A stretch of 64,000 bases of DNA, taken from Chloroflexota bacterium (GTDB lineage: Bacteria; Chloroflexota; Anaerolineae; Aggregatilineales; Ch27). Shown here piece by piece: positions 18,554 to 30,500 of this stretch; position 1 is the first letter of the stretch, and each line of letters starts with the position of its first letter. Made by a program: the position numbers and the translations under genes. Below the pieces are notes generated by a model. It searched no databases and was not told the origin of the DNA. It was given only the letters and a program-made list of their open reading frames with translations. The DNA lies in contig JAIOAT010000001.1 in assembly GCA_019873685.1 (NCBI GenBank), positions 19,405 to 83,404 on the forward strand, read 5' to 3'.

Positions 18554-19423
18554 ATGAACCACGATCCATACCTGCCCGATGATGTAGACGCCAGAACGCT
18601 GGACAAAGAACGCCAGCCTGCCGGGGCAGGGCGGGCTGGCTGCCTGAATCCCAATGTCATCACGGTGGTTTTCCTGCTGCTGACGGTGGCGTACCTGGTC
18701 TATTTCGGGGTATTGCTGGCTAATCCGTATCTGCCGATCAACCCTTTCCCGCCGCGCACCCCGTTGCCGGTCTATGTGGTTGCTACTGCCGACCCGCGTG
18801 GGCTGGCGGCCTCTCCCTCGCCAACGAAGATTCCTGAGGTAGCCCGGCTGACAACACTGGTGCCTACCGTTACACCCACGGTAACGCCGTCTCTGACCCC
18901 ATCTCCTACACCGACGCAGATCGTGATCACGCCACCCCGGCTGGCAACACGGACGCTCCAGGCGCCGACGGCGACGTTGATTGGCGGAGCGCCGCCGGAA
19001 CAGGCGGCAGGCATGGTGATCACTCCGCCGCCGGCCATCAACCCGGCGGAGGTGACGCGCTCACCGTATCCGTTTACGGTTTATGGCGAGGCGGCAACGT
19101 ATACCGCTAATGCCAACGGTCAGGGGTGCCGCTGGGCCAGTATCGCGGGAACGGTTGTTGGTCTGAATGGAGAGGCACTGGTTGGCCTGGCGGTGCGCGT
19201 GGTGGGCGAAGGAATCGATGAGATTCGTTTCACCGGCACAGCCCCGGCCTTTGGCCCCGCCGGTTACGAGGTTTTCCTCAACAGCGCCCCGCTGGAGGCG
19301 CAGTATGTGGTACAGTTGCTGAGCCAGACCGGAGCGCCCGTTTCTGAGGAGTTCACTGTTGTGACTTCTCCGGAATGCGAGGCGAACGTGGCCATTGTCA
19401 CCTTCATTCAAAATCACAGCTAA
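18554..19423 (+). CDS. paralog of 17738..18538 (TM, Pro/Thr linker, Cys-bracketed domain)
   Basis: CRWASIAGTVVGLNG...YEVFL...YVVQLLSQTG..VS...CEANVAIVTF aligns by eye with the upstream gene. Confidence 0.8.
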   Translation: MNHDPYLPDDVDARTLDKERQPAGAGRAGCLNPNVITVVFLLLTVAYLVYFGVLLANPYLPINPFPPRTPLPVYVVATADPRGLAASPSPTKIPEVARLTTLVPTVTPTVTPSLTPSPTPTQIVITPPRLATRTLQAPTATLIGGAPPEQAAGMVITPPPAINPAEVTRSPYPFTVYGEAATYTANANGQGCRWASIAGTVVGLNGEALVGLAVRVVGEGIDEIRFTGTAPAFGPAGYEVFLNSAPLEAQYVVQLLSQTGAPVSEEFTVVTSPECEANVAIVTFIQNHS

Positions 19424-19435
19424 AAAGGCTCTCTG

Positions 19436-20251
19436 ATGCCGCTCTACATCGTCCCAACGCCGATTGGCAATCTGGAAGATATCACCCTGCGTGCGCTGCG
19501 GGTCCTGCGGGAAGCAGCGCTGATCGCCGCCGAGGATACGCGCGTGTCGCGGGTGCTCCTGGAGCACTACGATATCATCAAGCCGATGATCAGCTACCAC
19601 GAGCACAACAAGCTTGCCCGCGTCGATGAAATCCTGGATGTGCTGGAATCCGGGCGCGATGTGGCCCTGATCTCCGATGCCGGGACGCCGGGCCTTTCCG
19701 ATCCCGGTTACGAGCTGATCAACGCCTGTCTGCGAGCGAAGGTACAGGTTATCTCGTTGCCCGGTCCTAACGCTGCGATCACGGCACTGGTGGCTTCCGG
19801 TCTGCCGACCGATCGTTTCACGTTTCTGGGCTTCTTGCCGCGCAAGAAGCATGCTCTGGTTGCTGAACTCATGGCGCTGAGCGATGCTCCGGAGACGCTG
19901 ATTGCCTACGAAAGCCCGTACCGGCTTGTCGAAACGCTGCAGACTATCTGCGAGATCATGGGCGAATCACGGCCAGTCTGTGTGGCCCGCGAGATCACCA
20001 AGATGTTTGAGGAGTACTTTCGCGGTACGGCACGCCAGGCGCTGGACTACTTCACCGAAGAACCCGTGCGCGGCGAAGTTACCCTGCTCATTGGCGGCCA
20101 GCCGCGTAGCGGCGACGTCTGGAGCGAGGCGCAGGTACGCGCCGAAATGCAGCGGCGGCTGCAGGCCGGGGAATCGCGCAATGCAGCGGCCAAAGCTGTT
20201 GCCGCCGAATCTGGCTGGAACAAGCGCGATATTTATGCGCTGCGGCTTTGA
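19436..20251 (+). CDS. rsmI: 16S rRNA (cytidine1402-2'-O)-methyltransferase
   Basis: LYIVPTPIGNLEDITLRAL, AEDTR, SYHEHN, SDAGTPGLSDPG, YESPYR and REITK motifs. Confidence 0.97.
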   Translation: MPLYIVPTPIGNLEDITLRALRVLREAALIAAEDTRVSRVLLEHYDIIKPMISYHEHNKLARVDEILDVLESGRDVALISDAGTPGLSDPGYELINACLRAKVQVISLPGPNAAITALVASGLPTDRFTFLGFLPRKKHALVAELMALSDAPETLIAYESPYRLVETLQTICEIMGESRPVCVAREITKMFEEYFRGTARQALDYFTEEPVRGEVTLLIGGQPRSGDVWSEAQVRAEMQRRLQAGESRNAAAKAVAAESGWNKRDIYALRL

Positions 20252-20260
20252 GCATCCCGG

Positions 20261-21526
20261 ATGTTGATGATGACCGTGCTGACCCATTTGCTGGCCCGCC
20301 AGCGCTGGCTGGCTGAGTGGCTGCAACCCCTCCTGACCCTGCCGGTCGCCTCGCGGAAGATGGCGCTGGCCCTGTTCCTGTGGGGGCTAGGCGAAGGGCT
20401 GTGGCTGTATATCCGCCCGCTGTATGTGACCTTTCTCGGTGGCAATCCGGTGCAGGTCGGGCAGGTGCTGGCGATGGCTGGCCTTGCACCGGTGCTGCTG
20501 ATGCTGCCGGCTGGCCGGCTGATCGATCGCACGGGGCCGCGCTGGTTGATGCTGTTGACCTGGTGGCTGGGCACGGCAGCAGCGGTGGTGCTGGCCCTGG
20601 CCCCTGGCTGGCAATGGCTGCTGCCCGGTTTCTTCCTGTACGCGATGTCAGCCTCGTCATTGCCAGCGATTAATGCCTACATCGCCCGTGATGCGCAGCT
20701 CAGCGATTTGCCCGGCAGGAATGTTCAGACGGCGATCTCAACGGTTTACGCAGCTTACTTCGCCGGGACGATCTTCTCGCCGATGATCGGCGGCTGGCTG
20801 GGCCAGACCTTCGACTTGCGGACGGTGTTCTGGGTGTCGGCGATCTGGTTCTTTTTTTCCACGCTGACCGTGATGCGCACGCCGGAACTGCCCTGGGATC
20901 ACGTGCACGACAGCACCCATGCCGGGCAGGTTTCCGGTAGCGCTTGGTGGCGGATGAGCGCCGCGCAGGTGCGCATCTACGCGGTGCTGCTGGTGCTGTT
21001 TCTGGCCATGTCGCTGGGGTATCTGCTGACCCCGAGCTACCTGGAGCAGGTGCGTGGCCTGCCGGTCGGCTTGATCGGCAGTCTGGGAGCAGCGACGGCT
21101 ACCGGGGGCGTGGTATGGGCTTTTGTCCTGGGCAGGCGGCATTCGCGTCAGGCGCTGGCGGTGGGCGCGGGTTTGATGGCGGTAGCCTTTACTGTGTTGC
21201 TCTTCGCTCCGGGCGGTGTCTGGCAACTTCCGGCGATGATCGGCGCTTATTTTCTGATGGGCATCTACCTGACCGCGCGAGCGCTATCGCTGGGCGTGGT
21301 CAGCGAGCACACACCGCCGCACCAGCGTGGGACAGCGTTTGGCCTGGTGGAGATGGTCTTTGGCGTCGGGGCGTTTGTCGGCCCCTGGGCAGCCGGCCAT
21401 CTGTATGCCGTCAGACCGTGGCTGCCCTTCGCGCTGGCGCTGGCGGTGCTTGTGCCCATGATCGGTGTGATCTGGATGGCGTTGCGGCCAGCCGGACAGC
21501 CTGTGTCTCCTGAAACCGGGCAATGA
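20261..21526 (+). CDS. MFS transporter
   Basis: About 12 TM helices; motif A GRLIDRTGPR; RGTAFG in the C-terminal half. Confidence 0.9.
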   Translation: MLMMTVLTHLLARQRWLAEWLQPLLTLPVASRKMALALFLWGLGEGLWLYIRPLYVTFLGGNPVQVGQVLAMAGLAPVLLMLPAGRLIDRTGPRWLMLLTWWLGTAAAVVLALAPGWQWLLPGFFLYAMSASSLPAINAYIARDAQLSDLPGRNVQTAISTVYAAYFAGTIFSPMIGGWLGQTFDLRTVFWVSAIWFFFSTLTVMRTPELPWDHVHDSTHAGQVSGSAWWRMSAAQVRIYAVLLVLFLAMSLGYLLTPSYLEQVRGLPVGLIGSLGAATATGGVVWAFVLGRRHSRQALAVGAGLMAVAFTVLLFAPGGVWQLPAMIGAYFLMGIYLTARALSLGVVSEHTPPHQRGTAFGLVEMVFGVGAFVGPWAAGHLYAVRPWLPFALALAVLVPMIGVIWMALRPAGQPVSPETGQ

Positions 21527-21535
21527 GCAAATGAA

Positions 21536-21559
21536 AGGGGGCAGTACACACTGCCCCCT
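21536..21559. terminator. hairpin terminator between convergent MFS and giant gene
   Basis: AGGGGGCAGT-ACAC-ACTGCCCCCT perfect 10-bp stem; followed by TTCATTT on the minus strand. Confidence 0.75.
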
Positions 21560-21581
21560 GATGTGTGCTGTTCCGCCGTGC

Positions 21582-24500
21582 TCAGTACGTCATTGTCCGT
21601 ACCGGCTGCGCCCGGACGACCAGCCGTTCCGCGAAGACACCCCGGAAGGCATTCCAGGTGGTGCAGGTGATCAGCGTCAGCATTTGCTGCGCAGTCGGGT
21701 AGGTCACCTCGACATCATTGGCCGCAACAACATCGATGGCGCTGACCTGAAATTCGTAGATCGTGTTGCGATCGACCAGGAAGATCGAGTCGCCTACTTC
21801 CAGCAGGTCGAGGTCGCGGAACGGCCCCGGTACACCCTGCGTGATCTGGATGTGCCCGGCTAATACGGTGTTGCCACCGAATTCGCCAGCCGCTTCGTCA
21901 ACCCAGGTCGTGCCCTGAAGGAAGCCGATGTTCTGGCCCAGATCGCGTACGTCCCAGGTGCGATTGCGCAGCGGGATGTTCACGATAGGCACGGGGCTGC
22001 TCAACCCCAGCTTGGGGATGAACAACTCACGCTCCGTCTGCGGGCGGAAGGGCGGGGCAGTCGTTGGCTCCGGCGGGGAAGGCAGGGTGCTCTGCGCTGC
22101 CGGGATCGGGATAGCCGTTGGCGGCAGAGTCGTTACCGTGGGCGGCGGGGTGAACGCAGGCGGCAGGGTGGGATGTTGCGGGACGCCTTCGACCATTTCG
22201 GCTGGCGTGGCGGAAGCCTCCGCCTGAAGACCCTCGCCGCCGGATCCCCCGACCAGGGCGATGACGATGACGATCACCGCCAGCACAATCGCGCCGATGG
22301 CGACCAGAGTCAGCAGTTGAACCCGGTGCGCCGGTGCGCCCAGGGTCATGCCGAGCAACCCCAGCGTCAGCAGGGTGATGACACCGGCAATGGCGGCAAC
22401 GATGGCCGTGTCGCCATCGCCAGAGGCTGCAGCCTGGCCAGTGGCAGGCAGCAGCGCGGCATCCGGGGCGATGCGCACCGCAGCAGTATCGCAGATCGAG
22501 GCGCTGCCACCTACAGAGGTTGCACAGCCCACATTCTGCAGGATAGCCCCAGCGATCACCCCTTCATTGACACGGGCGACAATAGTCAGTGTGGCCGCGT
22601 CGTTGAAGTTCAGGGTGTTGGTGACCGCGACAACGGTGTTGCCCTCGCGCTCAATCGTACCATTGCTGATTGTCACGCTCTCCACCTGCATCTTGATGTC
22701 GAGCGTATCGGTGAGGATCACCCCGGCCAGTGGTTCTGTGCCCGGATTGCGCACGGTGAGCGTCCAGGTGACCAGTCCGCCCGGAGCGGCGAAAGGCTGC
22801 AGGACCTCTTTGTTCACCTGTGGATCAGCCACACCGGGGACTGGCGTCCCGATGATGTAGGGATTGCCGGACGGATCAGTGGTGATCAGAGCAATGGTGA
22901 CCGTTGTCTCCGCGCTGACTGGCAACGTGGCAGTACCGACGAAGCCTTCGCCGGATACGATGACGCGGATAGTCAGCGGGTTAGGATCGCCGGTGGTGGG
23001 GATGTAGCTGAAGATGCCGGAGGTGGCGACTCCTGGCGGGAGCGTTGTCGTGCCCAGGACGATCGCGCCGCCCTGGGTTGCCGGGCGAGGCAGCCCGCCC
23101 GCGGCGAATGACCTGTCCACGACAAACGAACCGCGCAGATTATTGATCGGGCCGTCGCCGACGTTCAGGACGCTCACGGTGTAGTCCACACGCTCGCCGA
23201 GCGTGGCCACCGTCTTGTTGGCCACAGCCCGGATATAGAGCTGCGGGCGTAGCACATTGAGCACATAGGTGTCATTGTCGGCGACTGAACGGTTGAACGA
23301 AGTCAGGCCGCTGGCCGTTACCGTGCTCACCAGCGGGTCGGGCGTGTTAGTGCCGACCGTGTAGGTGTAAGAGACCGATGTGCGCTGACCGGGCGCCAGT
23401 GAACGCACCGGCAGGCGGCTGGTCAATGCGCCGGCGAGGCTATCGACCAGCGCCAGGTCCGTCAGCGGCTCATTGCCGGAATTGCGGATTTCCGCGGTGT
23501 AGGTAACGATCTCGCCGGGAGCCGCGCCTTCCCTGTTCGCGCTCAGACTCACGTCGATCCGCGGGGCAGCGGTGTCCAGCAGATACGTGTAGCTCCGACT
23601 GATCGTCGTGCCGATCGGGTCGATGCCCTGGGCCTGCAGGGTCAGGTTCACCGGGTCCGGAGCGTTCAGCGGCACGATGTAAACGAACTCGATCGTGACG
23701 CGCTGGCCCGGCGTCAGAATCAGGCCGCTAATGGGATCGGTGGTCTGGATCGGGACGTTAGCCGACAGAGATACGTTGGTCAGGGTAGTCGCCCCATCGT
23801 TGCGGAGGTTGGCAGCGAACATGATGGAGTCCCCGGCGACCCCGATGCAAGGCGTTGGGCAGTTGAGCGGCGTGGCGCTGAGACTCATCGACGAGAGGGT
23901 GATGGTGACGGCGACAGAGCCGGTATCGGATACTGTGCCGACCGTCGGGCCGGTGCCCTGGGCGATGACCGAAGCCACCAGAGGCGAAGAATCGGAGAGC
24001 AGGACGTTGTAGCTGAACATTGCGACGACACTGCCACCGGGGGGCAGGGTCGTTGTGGTGAACTGACCAGTGAGATCGAGGGCACTGCCGTCAGGCAGCG
24101 TGGCCAGCGCTGAGACGCTGGAAAGCGCCTCCCCGCCGATGTTGGTCACAGTGGCCAGGTAGTTCACACTCTGACCGGCCAGGACAGTTGTCCGATCAGC
24201 GCTGACCGTGACGCGGATAGCCGCGTTGTTCAGGATGGCAACCGTGGCCGAGGAGGTGTCGCTCACTGTGATGCCGAAGCCGTCCCGCCCGACTACCTGA
24301 ACCGTATTGACCAGCGGGTCGGGGTCGAGAGCGGCATTCACCCGGCGTGTGTAGGTCGTGGTGATGTGTTCGCCGATTGCCAGGGTGTATTTGGGCAGGG
24401 TGATGGAGGGCACCAGGGTGTCGGTCACCGTCAGGCCGGTGACCGGGGTGGTGCTGGTATTGGTGATGTCGAGGGTGTAGGTCACCAGGTCGCCGTCAAA

Positions 24501-27500
24501 GGCGGCAGCGCGATCCGCCGACTTGACCACATTGAGGCCGCTGCCAGCGACGATCACCTGAGCCCGGGCGGTATCGGCGACCATGATCGGGTTAGATGGG
24601 TCTGGCGGGTTGAAGACCGCAGCCGTCACGGCAGCTGTGTTGGTGGCCGGATCGCCGTCTCCAGAGGTCAGGATACGGCGAATGGTCGCGCTGGCGCTGG
24701 CGCCCGGCGCGAGCGGCAGCGGGGATGCGCCGGGCGGCGTGCAGATCGGCGCCGGGTTTGGCAGGGCAACGCCTGGATCGAAGCAGCCAGTGATATCGCC
24801 GCCGAGGAGCGGATCGATAACCGCAAAGGCGGTGATGTTTTCCGCGCCGGTATTGGTCACGGTCAGCGTATAGGCGATCTCAGTGCCGACACTGGCTACC
24901 GCCGGGGTGGCGGACTTGGTCAGGCGAATTCCCGGTGACACGATGTCCACACTCGCCGAAGCGGTATCCGTCAGCGTGAGCGGGCCAGGCGCGATCGCTG
25001 TGACCGTGACCGTGCTCACAAAGGGATCGCTGTCCAGGCCGGTGACCATGTGCGTGTAGGAGCCGGTGGTGCTCTGGCCAGGGTTCAGCGTATCAGTGCC
25101 CAGGGCGATCGCGCCGCCGGCGTCGGGACTGGTCGCACGGACGTTGTTGAGCGTGCGCAGGCCGGTATTGCGTACCGTGACCGTGTAAGTGATTGTCTCG
25201 CCGATGGCGGCGCTGGGCCGATCGGCGACGTTGGTGACGAACAGATCGCCGCTGGCGATAGGGATGCTGGCGGAAGCCGTGTCGGTCAGGAAGCTGACGC
25301 CGCCCAGCAGGCCGGTAGCTACGACGGTATTGACCAGTGGATCGGGCGTGGTTGCCGTGACCGGGATTTCGATGCAGGTTTCAGCGGAGCCAAACCCGCC
25401 CAGTGTCGGGGTGAGTGGCGGTATGACGCCGGGCAGCAGACGAGCGGTGATGTCCTGACCGCTGGTGGTATCGACCACGCTGATGTTGGTGATGGGGGTA
25501 GCGCCCAGATTCTCGATCCGCACCCGGTAGGCGACGACATCGCCAATCCGGGCGAACGGCCTGACAACCGGCGCGGCGCAGCCGCCAATCCCGGCGATGG
25601 TCTTGCTCACCACCAGGTCGGAGGAGGCAATCTGGACGGAGACGCTGTCTGTATCCTGGATCGTTGTGCCATTGGCTGTCCGCGCTGTGGCCAGGGCGGT
25701 GTTGATCAAGGGGTCGGGATCGCTGGCCCGGACTGTGCGGGTCAGGATGCCAGTCGCTTCCTGGCCTGGTTCGAGGACACCCGGATCGCCGGGGAAAGTC
25801 AGGTCAACGTTGCCGCCGGTGCAGCCGCTATCAGCCGTGCCGCACAGTGGATCGCTGAGCACGACATTGGTCAGGGTCGAGGTGCCTTCGTTGCGGATCA
25901 GGAAGCCATAGGTGACAGCCTCCCCGATCAGGGCGATACCGGTGGAGGCGGTCTTGGTCAGGCTCAGGTCAGCTTCGCGGATATCGACCAGGGCCAGACC
26001 GCTGGACGAGATCGTGACGCCAGAACTGGCGCGCCCGGTGGCAGTGACGCGGTTGACCAGCGGATCCGGTGCGCCCGGCGGGATAGTGTAGTCAAAGGCG
26101 CCAACAGCCCTGCCGTCTGGCGCAAGCGTGTCGATGATGGCTCCAGTGACTGGATCACGGAGCGGGATCGGCAACCCAGAGAGGTGATCGATGACGGAGA
26201 TGGCGGTCAGCGGTTGACCACTGGTATTGGTCACCTCGATATCGTAGGTCACCGTGTCGCCGATCACGACGGACGTTGTGCGCGGCGTCTTGGTGACAGT
26301 GATTCCCAGGTCGCGGATGTCGATTGTCGCTGCCGCGCCGTCGGTGATGCCCTGGTCATTCGTCACGGTGACGGTGTTGACAAACGGGTTGGGGGTGCTG
26401 GCGGTGACGGTGTAGGCGATGACGCCGATGGCCCGCTGATTGGGGGCCAGGGCGGGAATAGTGGTCGTGAGCGGCCCGCCTTCCACACTCATCTGAATAG
26501 GGGTCCCCAGTTCGTTGTCGATAACCCGCACATTGGTCAGGTCAGAATCGCCAAGGTTGACCAGTTCCACCGTATAGAGCACGGTATCGCCAATAGCTGC
26601 CCCGGCGCGGTCGGCGGTCTTGGTGAGCTGAATACCGGGCGTCAGGATGTTCACCGCGATGGTATCGGCGCCCTCGATGGGGTTGCCCTGTCCATCGACG
26701 CCGGTTGCGATGGCCTCGTTGACGAACGGATCGGGGAGATCAGCTGTGACTTCAACTTCGTAAGTCAGGAAAGCGACCTCGAAGGGGTCAAGGGCGTCGA
26801 TCGGGGCAATGGTCAGCGGCGTTCTGACCGTGCAGTTAACCGTGTAGGATCGACCGCCGTAGGTGACTGACCCACCGCAGACGTTCGGGTTGGCGGCGGT
26901 GTTCAGCCCGATGGCAGCGTCGACGACCTGGATGTTGCGGATGGGAATCTGGCCGATGTTGGTGATGGCGATGTTATAGGTGATGCGCTCGCCTACCTGC
27001 ACTGTGGCCGGTGAAGCCTGTTTCTGTACGAGAAGCTGCGACGCGGTGATCAACACGGTGGTGTAGGTGCTGTCCGTCAGTAAGTTGTTCCCGGCGACGG
27101 TGGTGCCGCTGGCGGTAACCATGTTGATCAGCGGGCTGGGATCAGCCTGGGAGAGGGTGTAGGAGATGGTGGCCGTGGTTGATTCATTGTTGTTCAGCAC
27201 ACCGGGAATACCACCGGGGAACTGCAGCGGAACAGGGCCGGTCAGCGAGTCGTAGGCGGTCACGCCGGTCATGGTGGAGTCGCTGGCGTTGGTTACCGTG
27301 ATGGTGTAGCGAATGGTATCGCCCACGAAGGCCACATTCGGCACAGCTACCTTGCTGACGCGGAAGCGCGGGTCGATCACGTCGACGATGAACTCCGCCT
27401 CCGCTGCCACCTCAGTGCCGCCCAGCGTTTCGCCTTCCACACGCAGCGTGTTGACGAAGGGGTCAGGGTCAAGATCAGTGATGATGTCCTGCCAGGTGCA

Positions 27501-30500
27501 GACAATGTCGACCGCACCGACTGGCAGCGTAGTCGGGCAATCTGAGTCAGTGGCGAAATTGATGCCGGTGGCATCGCTGTAGGTCAGGTTGGTCAGGTCG
27601 CTCGTACCGTTGTTGGAAAGCCGGGCGCTCCAGGTGACCAGGGTGTTGCGCTCTGCTGTGTCGGTGCTGCCCAGCAGAACAACCTCGAGGATGGGATCGT
27701 CCAGGTCAATTGACGCGGTACCCAGCGTGCTGAGGTTGTAGCGGTTAGTGTCGATGATCAGCTCACCGGTGGCATTGACCGTGTTAACGAACGGGTCCGA
27801 GGCTGTCTGAGGAACGGTCAGGGTGACCGTGCCTGCCGCCGATTCGCCAGGGTTAAGCGTCCGCGGACGGTTGACCGGGTCAGGGAAGGTCATGGCAACT
27901 TCGCCCGTTTGTGCATCGATCACGCTGATGTTGGTGATCACGTTGGACGATGCCAGCGGACTGGTGTTGGTCACCGTGATCGCATACGTGACCGAATCGC
28001 CGCGGCTGGCCTGGGGCGGGCCGATCTTGACGACCTGCAAGGGGTTGCGGATCTGTACCTCTGCCGACTGTGTGGAGAGGATGGTCACACCCGGTTCACG
28101 GGAGTCGGTCGTGGTTGTCCCGCGCACGGTGACGGTGTTAACCAGTTTGTTCGAGGTCAAGTCAGCGGGGCGGACGGTGTAGTTGTTCGCCGTCGGGTTG
28201 CTTTCCAGGTAGGAAGCGTCGCAGATCGGGAACAGGCAGGGGTAATCCCGCGCGGCGGGCAACGTCTTGGGTGTGGTGTCATACGGTGTGCCGGGATTGA
28301 CCGCCGGGTTGTCGATGCGGCGGTTGGCGATCGGGCCAAGACGATCATCGACAACCGTGACCTGGTTCATGGCTATCTGGCTGACGTTGTACACCAGGTA
28401 GTCATAGTGGATGGTTTCGCCGACCACAGCGAAGGAGCGATTGGGAATCTTGAGAATCAGAAACGGGCTGTAGATCTCCACGCTGTGGGTATCGGAGAAT
28501 GTCAGAGTGTCGACGCCGTTGGTCATCACCACCTGGAAGGTGTTGATCAGTTCGTCCGGGTCGCGTGGCCCCACTTCGTAGGTGTACTCAATTGAGGTGC
28601 TCTCGCCAGGAGTCAACGCCGGGTTGGTGGGATCGGCGCTGTTGGCGATCAGCGTTGCAGTGCTGAGCGTGCGCTCGGTCTCATAGGCGCTGTTGGAAAC
28701 ATCTCTGGCGCTGATGAACGAATAGGACACGTCGGAGACATTGGTTAGCGTGACCCGGTAGCGGATGACATCGCCAACTACCGCAAAGCCGAAGAACGGT
28801 TCGATATTGGTCTTTTGAACCAGGATCGGCGAGGTTACTTCTACCCGCCAGGTATCCTGGGCGGTCACAATCTGGCCGTTGACGACACCGCGGGCGGTGG
28901 CCGTATTGGTGATCGCGGGGAGGTCGTCAGCGGTAACCCGGTGCTGGGTGGCCCCGGTGCAGGCTGGTGCGGTCTGGCTGAGTGTCGCCACGTTGCCGGG
29001 AGGCAGGGAGAATGCCGGGAAGGCGGCGCTCAGATCGCCCAGCGCCGTGTCGCTGACGGTAATATCTGTGATGGTGCTCAGGTTGCTGATGTTGCTGACG
29101 GTGAAGGTGTAGGTGACGCATTGCCCATCAGTGGCGATGATGCGATCGGCCACCTTATCGATGACCAGCGGGTTGACCAGCTGGATGTTCCACTCGTCGG
29201 CATCGCCGACAGGCTGTAGCGTCGGCTGCAGCGTGCCGGAAACCGTGACCCGGTTCTTGAGGATACGATCCTGCCGGCTCAGATCAGCGGTGAGGACGGT
29301 ATAGTTGAAGGTGCCGTAGGCCATCCCACCGGGTTGCAGGCTGGGGATCACCGACACAAAGGGGCCGGTGGTGGTCTCTGTGACGGGATCGTAGGGCGCC
29401 AGCAGGACCGTGCTGCCGCTGCAGCCACTCAGACCCGTAGCGCACAGGGTATCGACAGCGCTGACGTTGGTGATCTCATTTTCCTGGATGTTGGTCACGA
29501 AGAATTCGTAGGTGACCGTATCTCCCACTGCGGCGCGGGTGACGTTGGCTTCTTTTTGGATGCGCAGCTGCGCTGGCAGCACATCGATCGTCCTGGTGGC
29601 GAAGAAGCTGCGCCGCGTACCCTTGTCATCGGTACCCTGAATGCGCACCAGCACGGTTAGCGGGTCGGGGTCGTCGCTCTGGACAGGCCGGTTGAAGCTA
29701 CCGGTGGCCAGCTCAAACGGGGCCAGGTCGCCAGGAGCCAGGGAAGGCGCGCTCTGGCCCGGGAACTGCAGCGGGAACTGCTGTTCCGGCTGGGCCAGCC
29801 CCACAACCTGGTAGAAGCCGGTGATGTCCGTCAGGGTGATGCGTCCGTTGTTGGAGACGAAGACGTTATAAGTGACCGGAAGCCCTGGTAGTTGCTCACT
29901 GGGTGGGTTGGAAGTCACCGTGATGAACAACTGCGCATTGCTGATTTCGACGACTTCAGAGGTGGAATCGGTGATGCCGCCTTCAGCCGTGACCGTGGCG
30001 ACGTTGATCAGCGGGCTGGGGTCGCTGCCGCTGATGGTGTACTGCTCGGTGAAAGTGTATGGTGTTGCCGGGTCGAGCAGCAAGCCTCCAGCGGGGATGT
30101 TGCCGATTGCGCCGAGTAGCGTGTCGGTGATGGAAAGCACTCGCAGGGGGGCGCTGGTCAGGTTGCTGACGGTAAAGGTGTAGGTGATTGTGTCGCCGCG
30201 CAGGGCGGTTTCGCGGTCGGCGCTGGCTTCGATCCGGATCTGGTTGTCCAGAATGTCAACCAGCACCGAAGCAGTGTCGGCAATGGTCGAGCCGCTGTTG
30301 GTGATGGCGGATGCTCTGGCTGTGGTGAGCGGAGTGAAGCCAAACGGGTCAGGTTCGGTGCCCTGAATGGTGTAGGTAAACGTGCCGCTGACCGTCGCTC
30401 CCGGTAGCAGGCTGGTGCTGGGCGCGGGAGGGGTGCCGAGTAGAACCCGCGTGCCGGAACACCCCGTGCCTGCCCCAGGTTCCGCGCAGAGGGGGAACTC

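Noticed and set aside
25050-26870. 606-aa and other long plus-strand ORFs inside the giant gene
   Set aside because: Antisense shadows of a Thr/Val-rich repeat protein; no RBS or domain signal.
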